Notes: generated by a model from the sequence alone, not told the origin. Counted from the stretch's first letter, positions 23,088 to 36,454 are shown. The stretch is DNA of 64,000 nt from Selaginella moellendorffii (GCF_000143415.4 NW_003314290.1:859586-923585), one strand, 5' to 3'. Program-made: numbers and translations.

Positions 23088-26000
23088 TATGAGGTCCAAA
23101 TGTATAGCTATGATACCGTATATTAATATTAGTATTGTGGGATTTTGGTAGCCATTGGACTAGTTTCAATCTGGACCACTCACTCTTATATATAAACTTA
23201 CATTTACATTAGTGGAAGTGAGGGATAGCTTTGATTGTCCTTGAGGAGTGTTAGGATTTGGGATTTTGGTTTATCTCTAGCTTTTGCACCATTTAAATCT
23301 CCTTTTCTTTATAGCTTTTTCAATTTATTCTCTTTTACTTTTTACTTTTCATTTTTTTTCATGGTAGAGCAATAGCCTCCTCCTCTTTTGACTCTAGAAT
23401 AGCAGTTGATGCAATTGCTTGATGTTATTCAATTATAGTTGAATAATCAGATTTAGTTGATAGTGGCATTTATAGCATAGGGTACAATTCCTCATGCTTT
23501 TGTTGCCAATCCTTGCTTGTAATCGGAATTCTTTTGTGGGAATTCTAGGATGATGTATACAATTGATTTGATCACTTTATGGTGATTGCCATATATCATT
23601 CTTGAGATGATACTTGATGTTTGTATGAGTTTCTCATATATCTTCAAAAGACAGTGCTACAATGGTACAATAGTTTGAATGCAGCCACTCGTGAGGATTG
23701 GAGCATTCTCCCGAATGTCTTCAAATGCATATTTGGACATACCAATGATTGTGATGATGCCTTTCAATAATTGCATTGTCTTCGTTAAAGGCCATTTGAA
23801 TTCATGATGCAATTTGATGTTCATTTCCGAAGCTTCGTGTTTCATATGGAGCTAAATATATTAAAGTGGATCAAGTTGGGAATGTTGTGATTAACACTTT
23901 ATTAACATCTTGTAGGAACTGTGTATACACTTGCTCCAGCCACCTTTAACAATGCTCTTTGTTTGGTATAACATTATGAGACTTTGCCTTTTTTACTTCT
24001 TGTTGCACATCTTTCAATTTCACTTCTTATGGGAGATAGTCTTATTTTAATGAAGGTTGATGCTATTGCTGCCCAAGTTCAAGAGCAAAGGTGAGGACAT
24101 GGTTGTGGACATGATATCCATTGTTGGGCATGTTTTAGAAGAGTGTTTTTCAAAAGTCACGAAGTGTTTGGGTATATGAACCTCATATTGTGACAAAGCC
24201 TAATGGGAATATTCATTTTTGCATCAACTATCGTTCGTTAAATGAAGTGACAATTTCAAATGTGTACCCTCTTCCTCACACTATTAATTTCTTAGATCGT
24301 TTCGAGAGAAGTTGTTAGTTCACCAAGTTAGATCCTACTTCTGGTGTTGGCAAGTATCGATGGCAAAAAAAGATATTCCTAAAACTGTTTTTCATATATC
24401 ATACATATGCATGTGCATGGGATGAAGTGGACTTGGTTGTGTGTGTGGGTGATCTCTAGCTTGGGTTGCAATCATTGTGGGTGGTGCTGAGTCAAATTTT
24501 TGACCTCATCCTTGGTATAGATTGGTTACAATGCAATCATGCTAAGTATGATTTTAAGGCTTCTCCCCCTTGTCTCATACTTCTTTATATTTTATCCATT
24601 CCTCTCACTTCTGCACCTCTTCATCCCTTTATTTTTACCTTTATTTCCATTACTTTTATCCCCCCATTATTTCCTTCTATATTTCTGTTTTGTTTTGCTC
24701 TTCCTTTTCCCGATCCCTTCGACAATTTTTGTGTTGCAGCGGTTGACCGGCTCATGAGGGAGTATTTTGATCTCTTTGAATTTGACCTATTGCCTGTGCC
24801 AAGATTGCCACACATCATCCAATTCCAATCAGGGATGCTTGTCCAATCAAGGTTCTTACTTGTTGTTGGTCACCCAAAGAGATCAAAATTTTACGTGCAA
24901 ATGTCAAAGAGATGTTGAAGAAGGGTGTTATTTGGAAGGCACGAAATCCTTAGGCATGTGAACTTTATCTTATGACGAAGCTTGATGGGAGTATTCGTTT
25001 TTGCATCGACTATCGTTTGTTAAATGAAGTGACAATCTCGAATGTATACCCTTTTCCTCACATTGCTAATCTCTTAGATCATCTGAGACGAAGTTGTTGG
25101 TTCACCAAGCTAGATCTTGCTTCTAGGTATTGGCAAGTATCAATGGTTGAAGAAGATAATTCTAAGACTGATTTTCATACATTATTTTGTTTGTACAAAT
25201 TCTTGGTAATGCCGTTTAGTTTGAACAATGCTCTAGCAACTTTCTAGCAGATGATAGATGAGGTTTTTTGCGATATGCTAGAGATGACTACTGACTTCAT
25301 TGATGATGTTTTGATCCACTCAGAGGGGACGTGGGAGGAGCACGTTCGTGATGTTTGTAAAGTGTTCGATCAGCTGTGGGACATTAATTTAAAGTTAAAG
25401 TGGTCGAAGTGCATGTTTGGGTCCAAGGACACAATTTATCTTGGGTACCGTATTTCTCATGAGGGTTTGCAAGTTGATTTTGACAAACTTGTGGCTATTC
25501 TAAAGTTCTTTACTTTGAAGTGTGTGAATGATGTGCAACGCCTAGGCAAGGTGCAGTATCTTGGTCATTTTATGGATCATCTTTCTGATCGCACTACACC
25601 GTTGGGAGCATTGCTGAAGTCATCAATGTCATCTTTCATCTGGTCTCTAGATTGTGAGCGAGTGTTTGTGGATCTTAAAGAGCTTTTGATGACTCCTTCG
25701 GTTTGACTACACTTGATCTTTTATTTTGCACGTGAATGCTTCTAATATTGGTCTTGGAGGTGTGTTGATGCAAGAAAGCCCGAGTGTGCCTGGTCAACGC
25801 CATCCCATTGCATATATAAGCCGTACATTACAACTAGTGGAAGTGAATTACTCCATGACAAAGAAGGAGTCTTTAGCAACAATCTGGGGTTTCGAGAAAC
25901 TTCATGCATATTTACATGGTTCTCAAATGTTATTTGAAAGTGATCATGTTACCGTTATTTCATTATTGAAGTGAAAGAATTTGATTAGTCATACTACTCA

Positions 26001-27985
26001 GTGGGTTTTGAAGCTTCAAATATATAATTTTGATATTGTTCATCACCCAAGGAGTTCTAGGGCTGATGTTGATGCCTTTTCTCGAACTCCTTGTAAGCTC
26101 CTAAGTTTGGACTTTCTGGGAGGTCACTCAGCCCAGTACTATTCACACCCAAGGACGCTTAACCCCAAATATCCCAAGACCCTTAACCGTTTGGAAAAGG
26201 GGGTGCACTCTTGTTCATGGGCCCTTTCTCTCTATATTTGAACCCCATGGATCGTCTCTCAAGTCGTTCCCTTTGATTGCTTACACTCTTCTTCCTTCTC
26301 CACTCTCTTATCATGTTTTTGACAAGTCTATTGTTCTGGCATCTATGGATTTTCTAGACAAGGATTCTATACCGTTGGCGGTTGTTGTACTTGTCATTTA
26401 GTGTCCACAAGGTGTAAAGCAAGATTTACCTTCTCTTGATGAGGTTCATGTGGCTAAAAAGCTTGAGCCATGGATTTGAAGGCTTCAAGATGGGTTTGAG
26501 AATCCTACATCATTTGCTGATAACTTGCCATTCTGGCATTTACATTCTCAATATCGCCTTGAAGATGGCCTTCTTTATTTTGTAGGGATGGATCCTGATG
26601 ATCCTTTACTGCTAATGGTGCATTCCGTCTTTATTCCATGGTTTCTCTATGCCTACCATGATTCTCTTGTTCTAGGTGGGTATATGGGATATTGTCGTGT
26701 GACCGAGAAGCTGTGCAGGTCTTTCTATTAGCCGGAGATGTGACGTGATGTTATTCGATATGTGCGTAACTACGTTTGGTGCCAAGCTCGTAATACTCCC
26801 CCTCATGCTGTGGAAGGATAATTGGAGTCAATTGTAGTTTCTCGTTTATTTGAGTTAGTGGTGTTTAATCTTATGGGACCTTTTCCACGATTGACTGTTG
26901 GCAATGAGTATGTTATTATTACTTCTAATTATTTAACTCATCGGGTGGAAGTTGATGCTCTTACTAGTGCCTTTGTAACTGCTGTTAGATACTTCCTCCT
27001 CAATCGAGTGGTGTTCCAGCATTCTTATCCCGATTCTTTTGGATAATGGTCTCGCATTTATGGTTGAGGTATTTCATGTTTTGACGTCTTAGTTGGGGTA
27101 CTCCACACTTTCACGAGTGCTTATCATTCACAGTCAAACGGTTTGGTGGAATGGCTCATTCGGACATTCAAAGGAATGATCGCAAAATATGTGAACTTTC
27201 AGCATTCAGATTAGGATGATTATTTGCCATCTCTTTAGTATGCATATGTCATAGGGGTGTAGAGTTCTAGTGGTGCTTCACTATATAAACTTTAATATGG
27301 TCATGATCCAATATTACTAATGGAGCTAGGTTTACCTTCGCAATCGACACAAGCTGCCAATGCTAGGTCATGGGATCAGTATTTGACAAGCATTCTTCCA
27401 CTTGTCTAAGCAGAGTTTGCCAAACACTTAGGCCGCATATAAATGAGACAACAACAGTGCTACAACTCCCATTATCATCCACCTGTGGAATACAAAATGG
27501 ATGACCTGGTGTTAGTTTATTTTCCCTATTTTACGGTATATGGTTTATCTAAAGGGCTCCTTGCTCAGTGGAAAGGATCGTATCGAGTGTTACAGCAAGT
27601 TGAACTACAAATTTATGAGGTTTTGCATGATGTCCAGTAAGCCAATCCTCCAAAAATTGTGCATGTGTAACAATTGAAACACTTCATACAAAACGATCAA
27701 GAACAACTAAAACCACTTACAAATCCATTGATGCCTCCTTCAAACATTCTTCCAAATCTCGGCCTATTTTCAAAAGGGTCTCCGAGAGGAAGGGATGATG
27801 TGAGGTCTAAGTGTATGACATTAATATTATTGTAGTGGGATTTTGGTAGCCATCGGATTGGTTTCAATGCGGACCATTCACTCTTGTATATAAATTAGGG
27901 TTTTTAGGCTAATTGATATGTATATTTTCTGTATTCCTTTTCTATATTCCAAACACTCAAATCAGTTTATATCTTTGCATTTGCA
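23088..27985 (+). mobile_element. Decayed near-full-length Ty3/gypsy LTR retrotransposon
   Basis: Similar LTRs at 23088-23208 (shorter, internally deleted) and 27799-27985, sharing gtgggattttggtagccat...ggaccaytcactctt. PPT gagaggaagggatga at 27784-27798. Domain order RT (RFCIDYRLLN, FTKLDLASRYWQV, FIDDVLIHS), RNase H (NASNIGLGGVLMQ), integrase (H-H region, LMGPFP, AYHSQSNG), GPY/F-like (WKGSYRV). Many stops. Confidence 0.92.
26092..26285. mobile_element. Solo LTR (194 bp) nested in the gypsy pol region
   Basis: TGTAAGC...GCTTACA inverted termini; flanking 5-mers ctcct/ctctt (TSD with one mismatch); interrupts pol immediately after DAFSRTP. Confidence 0.8.
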
Positions 27986-28179
27986 TTATAAAATTTTTTT
28001 TCTTTGGTCCTGTAAATTAGAAAAACTAGAAAGATAAATAATAATGTAATAAGGTTATAAGAAATTTGATCAAATCAAATGAATTCCGTTTCTAATTATC
28101 ATTCTGGCTTTTCCTAGTAGATATTCTGTTTTAAGGTATAAATTCTTATAAAAAATACTGTCTTAAAAAATATACAATC

Positions 28180-29878
28180 TCATTTATTTCTAAAGGCCTC
28201 AATGACAGCAGAGAAATCATCATCACCCAAACCATTACCTTTAGCAACCTTATACACTTCATTTGCAGCGGCAGCAATTGGGATGTTTTGCAAAAGCTTA
28301 TCAGACATGTCCAATGCCAATCTCAAGTCCTACAAATTTAAAGAAGATTAGACTCATGCATTTGAAACCATACCACAAACCTTTTGCTGGTGTTTTAAAG
28401 GAAAGGCTGGAGTGTAGTTCCTTGCTAACATTGTTGGACCTTTTAGGGAGAACATTGGATTGTTGATAGCACCTTGGGATAGAACCTGAAAGTCACATTC
28501 TCTAAGAGTGAATAACAAGGATTAAAGTCATGCCTCTAGTATAGTTTGAGGATCAAGGCCAGCTTTGTCTCCAAGCATCAGACCCTCGGCAAAGCTTGCC
28601 ATCATGCTAAAGGAAAAAAAAAAAAAAAAAAAAACCTCAAAAGAGTAAAAAACATATTCGCACACGAACCTTCCCATGATCATGTTAACAACAATTTTCA
28701 TTGCAGCTCCGTTTCCCGGAGCTCCCAAGTAAAACCGCGACTAAAAGAATAAAAATAAGTGAAGTTTCCGCACAATAATTGTTACGAACTTAACCTTGCC
28801 CATCACGTCTAGCATTGGTACTACTGTATCATACAACTCCTTGTCTCCTGAAATACCACGTATTACCATGTGTTTTTGCTAGCTAAGGTGAAAAACCACA
28901 GACAGAGAGAGCTTACCAGCAGCTAGAAAAATAAGTTTTCCTTCTTCGGCTGGCTTCTTGGATCCCGAGACTGGCGCCTTCCAAAACCACAAAATGTTGG
29001 CTCACTTTTAGAAAGAAAGAATACCTCCAAGAAGAGAGAGCCTGAAGATTTCACTGCCTCGCATACAGTTTTAGTTGTCCCGGCATCGACGGTTGATACA
29101 TCAACATATCTGCAAAGTCATGTTGTGTGAAATTACGTTTTCATTCAATCAAAAATCTGTTATACCCTTTCCCCGGGCCCAACCCTCCAAGAGCGCCATC
29201 ACTCCCGAGAGCAACTTCGAGCTGCATGTAGAAGAAGGAAAAAAACGCAAAAGATAAAAGAGTTACACCGTGAGAGCATGTAAAGGAACAAGCCACAAAG
29301 TTTACGAGCGTGCATTACTGCTGCAACTGGATCAGCAAGCATCGCAAACGTGACGTCGCACATTTCGGTGACATTCTTTGGTGTGGAACCTCGTCTTGAC
29401 AATAAAAAGACATAAGGAAAAACCAAATCAATTAGAGACGAGATCCACCTTGCTCCTTCGCTCACTAAAGCTTCGCATTTACTCGCAGATCTGTTCCAAA
29501 CGGTGACATCGTAGCTATATAGCAACAACAACAACAACAAAAAAACAAACGGATCATGCTAGCAATCGAGCAAGAAAAAAGAGAGAAAAATAACATTTTT
29601 TACCCGGCTTTCACGAGATTTCTTGCCATTGCTGTGCCCATGATTCCAAGTCCCAGGAATCCCAGTTTCAAATGCTGGTTGCTCCCGGAAGCTGGAGATA
29701 AAGTTACTTCACTTGAGAAGAAAAGAGCACCAAATTTACCTTGAGAAGGAGAAGAAGAGGAAGAAGAAGCAAGCGCTCTCACAGTGCTCAGCGTTGTAGC
29801 AGTAGTAGCAATCGTTGGCTTGAGCCGCGGAGAAGGGCCGCCAAGGAAATTAGTCCTCAATGAAAACATGGCAGCCAT
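28180..29878 (-). CDS. GLYR2: Glyoxylate/succinic semialdehyde reductase 2, organelle-targeted (multi-exon)
   Basis: Transit-peptide-like N-terminus; LGFLGLGIMGTAMARNLVKAG, YDVTVWNRSASKC, GNGAAMKIVVNMIMG, AFPLKHQQK, and C-terminal DDDFSAVIEAF. Confidence 0.9.
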
Positions 29879-29989
29879 TCTCCTCGTCATAGCAGTAGGG
29901 TTTATCACTGTTAACATTAACAACTATGAAACTCTGATCAAATCGATCAAAGCTACGGTCATTCTTTTTTCTTTGAGAGATTGACAAAA

Positions 29990-30529
29990 TCAGTTGCCAG
30001 GCTTGATCGTGATGGTCTCTTTCGGCTTCTCTGGATCCGTGGGAACCTTGAGCGTGAGCACGCCATTGTCAAACACAGCCTCCACGTCCTCCTTGCTCAG
30101 CTTGGCGCCCTCAGGGAACTCAAACTTGCGAACTACGGCGCCAACGTAGCGCTCCTTGGCGTGCCACTTATCATCCTCGAGCTCCACCCTCTCGCGCTCC
30201 TTGGTCTTGATGGTTATCTCGTTGGCATCCGTGGTGATCTTGAAATCCTCGTGAGACAATCCTGGGGGCACAAAACCATCGCCATATCATCAACTATGAA
30301 AGGATTTCTTTGAGAGCTTCGAGTGATTCCCTCTCCGCAGCGAAGATTTCATACCTGGCATGTCGATGGTGATGAGGTGGTGGTCGGATCGCTGGACCCA
30401 GTCCGCGGGAGCGTTCTTCTTGGAGAAGGACGCCATCTTCTTCGCATCCGCGAGAGATTTCTTGGCGGGGGTCTTGGCGGCGGTGGTGATCACCTGCTGG
30501 AACCTCGCAGCCGTGGAGCGGAACGCCAT
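29990..30529 (-). CDS. Small heat-shock protein (HSP20/alpha-crystallin), probably mitochondrial; 2 exons
   Basis: DWVQRSDHHLITIDMPG|LSHED...ERYVGAVVRKFEFPEG...EAVFDNGVLTLKVP; intron 30354-30262; Arg/Ala-rich presequence. Confidence 0.9.
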
Positions 30530-30653
30530 CGTCCAAGCAAGCCAAAAGCCCTATCAAACGCTCTCGTCCCGCTATTTATATAAGACCCACAAGGCCAAAT
30601 CTGGGAGGAATATCCACGACGCGAGTTTTAGGGTTTATCGATCCAGCCCAGCC

Positions 30654-31276
30654 ATGGCGGAGCTGCTGCTCTTCGAGGACATCTTCACCATCACCGGCAT
30701 CGACACCGACGGCAAGAAATTCGACAAAGGTGATCGCCTCGCTCTCGGCATTTCGAGCGAGGAGAGCGATCGATTTGATTTGTTTTTCGCTGGATTCGTG
30801 TGATGAGCAGTGTCTCGCATCGAGGCCCGGAGCGAGCAGTTTGATATGCAGCTCGTCCTGGACGTGAACATCGACGTCTACCCCATCGCCAGGACTGACA
30901 AGTTCACGCTCGCGCTCTCCTCCACGCTGCGATTGGATGGAACTCCAGACGATGGCGTCTTCGACCAGGTTCCATTTGCTCGGATCTTCTCTGGCTCACT
31001 TTGACCTCTCGCAGTCTCGGAAGAAATCTCTGGCCGACAAGTACGAGTATGTCATGTATGGGAAGCTGTACAAGTACGATGACGACGAGAGCGGCGGTGC
31101 CATCAAGATGTAAGCGAGCTTTCTTACCGAGTTTTTGAAGTTTCTCTTCATCAATCGTTTCCAGCGGCGTCTATGTTTCTTTCGGAGGCCTGTTGATGAT
31201 GCTCAAGGGGGATAAGCAGCACCTGGGCAACTTAAAGCTGGACCAGCGCCTGTATCTCCTGATGAGAAAAGTGTAG
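30654..31276 (+). CDS. RPB8: DNA-directed RNA polymerase shared subunit RPB8 (4 exons)
   Basis: LLFEDIF...[16 protein letters not shown]...LDVNIDVYP...[16 protein letters not shown]...[13 protein letters not shown]...LYLLMRKV. Confidence 0.97.
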
Positions 31277-31355
31277 TGTTAGCCAGCTCGAGACACTGAC
31301 TCAAATCGATACTCTACTACTAAGACCAACCTTTGGTGTTCATATTTCTTTTGTC

Positions 31356-33892
31356 CTAGAAGAAGACTGGGAAGTAATTGTCCAGATGAATCGTCTCTAG
31401 AATCTCTGGGATCTTTGAGAGGTAGGAGGAGTGGCCGGTGATCAGATGCGTTACATTGACCTGAAAGGAAAAGTTTGTGGAGAAAGAAAGCGGTGCGTGA
31501 ATACATACGTTTTCTATCCCTGGGAGAGCAACTGGTTGTATCCCGGCAAGGCCTTGGGACAAAATGCTGTGAGAACCCCGGATCGTTAATCATAGATGAT
31601 AGAATGCTGGTCAAGAGAAGCTCACCTTGCACGGTATATGACTCCCAAGATCCAGTCGTTAGATGAATAGCAGTTCACAAATCTACCAGCCACAATCTTG
31701 CAAAAATAAATAAATAAATAAATAAAACAGAACTAACAAAGAAATGGAACTAGGAAAACATACCTTACGAGCATTCATCCACCGCTTTCTATCAAGAGAA
31801 AGAGGAGCTCCCAATAACACCACTCTTTCTACAATGCCACCTGTAACGAGAATCATGAGCTCTCGCCAGGTAAATAAAAGCATACCATTTCCTTTCTTTG
31901 CCAAGTGCTCCAAACACGAGAAAATCACTCGAGCTCCTAAGGAGAATCCCAAGAGCGTTACAGGCCTGTGAACAAGCGGCATAATACCAGAAAGGCAAGC
32001 GCCGAGAAGAACAAAGTTACCTGCTGCCATGGAGTCCGCTGAGCAGACAATTCGCAAGAATTTCTCCAGCCTTGTCAGATCTAGAACATCACGGATTATG
32101 CCAGTTCGTAATAGAACTTCGAACCTGTCAACGGCGATGGTCCATCTACTGTCGATGAAGTCTGTAGCAGACAGCAAAGCAGAAGGCCATGCTAGTGCTG
32201 CAAGTAGGCCACTCAAAACGGTCATCATCGCTCCTCGTTTCATCAACTCCTTTGCAACCGCTGTGTAATTAGCTTTGTTAGAATTCCATGAGAGCTATGT
32301 CTATCGAATACCTGTGGTCAGCCAATCTTGAATAGCAGAGCTCACAGCCATTAAAATCTTCGTTTCCCAGCGTAAAGAGTACCTGATCACACGCTCAGCT
32401 GCCTGCGATACACTTGGAAGAAGTACCTTTCAAGATCTGCGTCTGGAAATATCCATGGCCTGGTGAAGTCATCTTCCTCAAAAATGATCCCAGATATGAC
32501 AATAGCAACCGCCAGTCTCTACAAACGAAACTATCAGCATAAAAACCACTAGTAGTAGGTCCTACTCCTTGATTATGGTTGTCTCCAATAGCCTCAAAAC
32601 CAAACTCGTCAACATCACCAATTCTTCTAGCCATTTTGGATCCCGTTAAACCAGCACCAGCAGCTGTGAGAAAGTAAGTGGTTAGTAATACTTCTGATAA
32701 GTCACTACCTCCAAATGACGCCGCGATTGCAACTGAGCCAGCAGCCGTTCCAGTTGCAGCAGCAGCTGCTGCGAAACCACTTGCTCCAATGATAGGAACA
32801 ACCGTTCCAGCTGCCGGAGCTAAAGCGGCTAAACCAGCTGCAATTGCCGGAGCCGCTAGACCTGTATCGAAACGGTAAACCTCTGTGAGGAAGACAAGCT
32901 TAAAGAATAACCCCCAGTAATTGCTAGCAACGTCCCTCCCGTCACTGCTGCTGCGCCTATGAGACTTCCACGCTTCCACTTGGACCATTTGCTCTTTTCA
33001 GCTTCTGCTTCTGCTGTGCTCTGCTCTTTACGTGCAGCCATCGCCATGCATGCCACCATAACCTCCATAGCAGCCTGCCACAAAATGATAAGATTAGTAG
33101 CTCAACTGAAGCTTGCAACACCGACCATTTTCGACCATTTTACGTCAAACCATGTGGCCAAGAGTCGTAATGTGACTCTGTATCGAGAATCGTAGCCACC
33201 TCTGAATGCTTTCTTCTCGTCTGATGCATCAGCAACACAAGCAACAAGAAGTTCGTAGAGGACGGCCACTTTCCTTTGCCTCGTAAGCACCGAACTGTCT
33301 ATCTCCTGTGAAATGGAACACCTCTGATCCGAGAGTGGTGCTGACGAGCTTTCGCTGTCTCTAGACGGAGGATTCGCGTTCCGCGTTGGAGAAGTTGAAG
33401 AAGACTCTTCAAGTTTCAGGCTCATCGCATCTATGGCTTTGGCCAGGTCGTCTTCGGGCAAAGTTTCTGACGTGGTTGGCACATCTTCCTCGGACAGGAG
33501 CCTCAGAAACTAAGGACAAATTAGTGTCCATTGCAACAGTAAGAACAAATGTGTATATACTTACAGCACCTATATGGTGTTTAGCGTCGGGAGAAATAGC
33601 GGTCGTTTCCAAACCCATCCACGACTTCTTCTCGATATCCAAGTATCTAGTCGGCAACTTCAAACACTTACAATTGACAAAGAAGATTTTCAGCTCACCG
33701 GAAAACGTGCTGCGCGAGTCCAAACTCCTCACTGCTCCATGGCGTCTCCTCTTCCTGGCTACCTTCGGCAATAGCATTTTCATCATCGTTTACTCTTGGT
33801 GGCAAGCTTCGCTGATGGCTTTGTGCCTGGTTCAAAGCAAGCGAAAACAACGCGCCTGCCGCATACTTGTGGACAGGGCCCAGCTCGGCCAT
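31356..33892 (-). CDS. TMCO4/DUF726 family alpha/beta-hydrolase-like protein (multi-exon)
   Basis: GYDSRYRVTLRLLATW, KWKRGSLIGAAAVTGGTLLAITGG, LAWPSALLSATDFIDSRW, RPVTLLGFSLGARVIF, VERVVLLGAP. Confidence 0.92.
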
Positions 33893-33897
33893 GCTTC

Positions 33898-34195
33898 CCT
33901 ACTGCGAAAATCACGAAGAAAAAGAAGAAGAAAAAAACTATGACGCTAGATAGGTGAAAACTTACTCGATCCAGAAAAAATTCACCTCAAACTATCCCGA
34001 TCGCCTCGTCTGGATTCTTGATCGTCAAGATATTGTCAATCCCTCTTCAAATCAACGAGAAATCCCCCTACTGCGAAAATCACGAAGAAAAGAATGATGC
34101 GCTTACTCGATCCAGCAAATCACCTCAAACTATCCCAATCGAATGAGCTGGATTCTTGATCGTCAGAATATCTCTTCCAATCAAACACGAAATCC
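33898..34195 (-). repeat. Tandem duplication of a 5'-UTR exon/intron unit
   Basis: 33898-34066 and 34067-34195 share cctactgcgaaaatcacgaagaaaa...cttactcgatccag...cacctcaaactatccc...ctggattcttgatcgtca. Confidence 0.85.
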
Positions 34196-34790
34196 ACATC
34201 CATACCTCGATTCCTTGCTTACACCCTCGAATCGGCGCCTGCATTGAGCAAATTCGCTGCGTAGCTCTGGCGCTCTCCTAGGGTTTTCTTCTCTCTCTCA
34301 CTGTTTGGCGCTTTGAGGCAAGGCGGTCAAGCGCTCGATTCTCGAGGGAGAAGAAAATGCCTCGTAGATATCTTGTGAGTTACTCAAGCCCATGAGACCT
34401 AACAGTGCCAGCCTCGGGCAAAGCCGAGCCAAAGCCGTTTTGCCGAGCCTGGGCACACATATATACTGGAGCTCCATGGCGCCTTTGTCCGATTCCATAT
34501 TTGTAGGGTTTTGAGAGCGAGGAGGAGCGAGGGCTCTGCCGCGACAATCGACGCATCGATGCTGCATTCTCCTGCCGGATCAATTTCTCGTTGCTGCTCG
34601 ATCGTCTGCGCGGTCAGAGATAGGAATTTCCTCGCGGCGCTTGCCAGATTCGCATTCTCCCCGTTCCTGAGCTTCATCTTCGAGGCAGCGCTTGGCGATC
34701 GGCGTCTTCCTCCGTGAAAAGAGGTAGACTTTTATTTGGTGGTTATGATAACGAGGTTTTTTTTTTCTCTCTTCCCGTTTCTCTTCTAGG

Positions 34791-36454
34791 ATGACATGGA
34801 TTCATAGCAGTAGATTTGCGAAGAAGGTTAGAAACGCTGGAGGGGTCGAGAGGATTACTCCCGATGCGCCGGAACACGTCTGCCCGACTTGTAACAAGCC
34901 CATCGACAATGACAATGAACTGGTATGGAGCTAGTTACTGTTTCATTTCTTTTCCGAGAGCGTACCCATTGCTGCAAAAACTACGTCGCAGGCACCACAA
35001 GATTGGACTGGGCTTCCCGCCGGAGTGAAGTTTGATCCGAATGACAAAGAAATTCTGGACCATCTTGCGGCAAAGATTGGTCGCGGTGGAAAGCCGCATG
35101 CTCTCATCGACGAGTTTATTCCGACTCTGGAAGACGACGAAGGGATTTGCTCCAAGCATCCCGAGAAGTTGCCAGGTTTGTCGACGCTAGTTCCTATTTC
35201 TTTTTTTTTTTTTGGCCGAGGCACTGAAACGTTCGCTTTGAAGGTGTGAAGAGCGATGGAAGCAGCAGCCATTTCTTCCACCGGCCGTCCAACGCATACA
35301 CCAAAGGCACCCGGAAGCGCCGGAAAGTCCAGACGGACGATGACGACGAGACCCGATGGCACAAGACCGGAAAGACAAGGCCCGTGATGGAGAACGGCGA
35401 GGTCATTGGCTGGAAGAAGATCATGGTTCTCTACACGAACTTCAAGAAGAAGTCCAAGCCAAAGAAGACAAACTGGGTGATCCATCAGTACCACGTCGGC
35501 ATTCACGAAGACGAAAGAGAGGGCGAGCTGGTCATGTCCAAAGTGTTCTTCCAAACTCAACCTCGAGGCTCTGTGCGCGAGCCGTGCGAAGCAAACGAAG
35601 CAGCCGAAGCCAACGAAGGAGCCGAAGTAGCTGAGGCCAACGATTCGAACGACGTCAACGAAGCCTCGTTCAGCCGCGAGTTGGAGGCGGCCCTCGCTTG
35701 CGAGCCCGAGAACGATGAGTCTGCGAAGGTGGCAAGGACTTGCTCGACGAGCACTCCAGAGGTGGTGAAGCCCTGCTCGACGAGCACTCCAGAGGTGGTG
35801 AAGCCCTGCTCGACGAGCACTGCAGAGGTGGTGTGGCCCTGCTCGACGAGCACTCCAGAGGTGCTGAGGCCCTGCTCGACGAGCACTCCAGAGGTGGTGT
35901 GGCCCTGCTCGACGAGCACTCCAGAGGTGGTGAGGCCCTGTCCGAGCAGACCGGTGCCGCAGCTGGCGGAGATGTGCCCAACGATAGACGGCTACTATGT
36001 GCGTAACCTTTTGCTCGTTTTCTCTTGGCAAGACTAACTCCCTCTTTATTTTTCAGGGAGCGTCAACTTCTGGCATGTCCCTCGTGAGGTGTCCGACTGC
36101 TCAACAGCCTCTTCCACAAACCCCTGCCGAGAGAGTGATAGAGGAGCTGCTCTGCGACGAAAGTTTCAACAACGTTGCCACCGAGTTCGAGAACCTTAGT
36201 AGCCAGGAGATTCGAGCCTTCACGGAGGTCGCGGGGATAAGTTGCGAGGAGGAGGACATCCTGAACTTTAGCAACGAGATGGACTTCTCCCTTGGGGTTG
36301 CAGTAAGTTCTTCTTGGTTGCCCCTTTCGTGAATCAATTGACCACCTTTTGATCTGTCGTGCAGCCGGAGATCACTAGCCAGGAAGTAGCCGACTGGTTC
36401 AAGAGCCAGAGCCAGGAACAGGGACTGGAACAGGACTACAGAGCTCCTTTTTGA
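34791..36454 (+). CDS. SOG1: NAC transcription factor, SOG1/NAC008 clade
   Basis: N-terminal CPTC extension, [60 protein letters not shown]; C-terminal SQ motifs (SSQE, TSQE, SQSQE). Orthology to SOG1 itself is not proven. Confidence 0.82.
35741..35938 (+). repeat. Coding 33-bp tandem repeat x6 ([11 protein letters not shown])
   Basis: tgctcgacgagcactccagaggtggtgaagccc units. Confidence 0.97.

Noticed and set aside
23083-27990. Target-site duplication for the gypsy element
   Set aside because: The flanking 5-mers (ataat vs ttata) do not match, and the AT-rich decayed flanks make any call unreliable.
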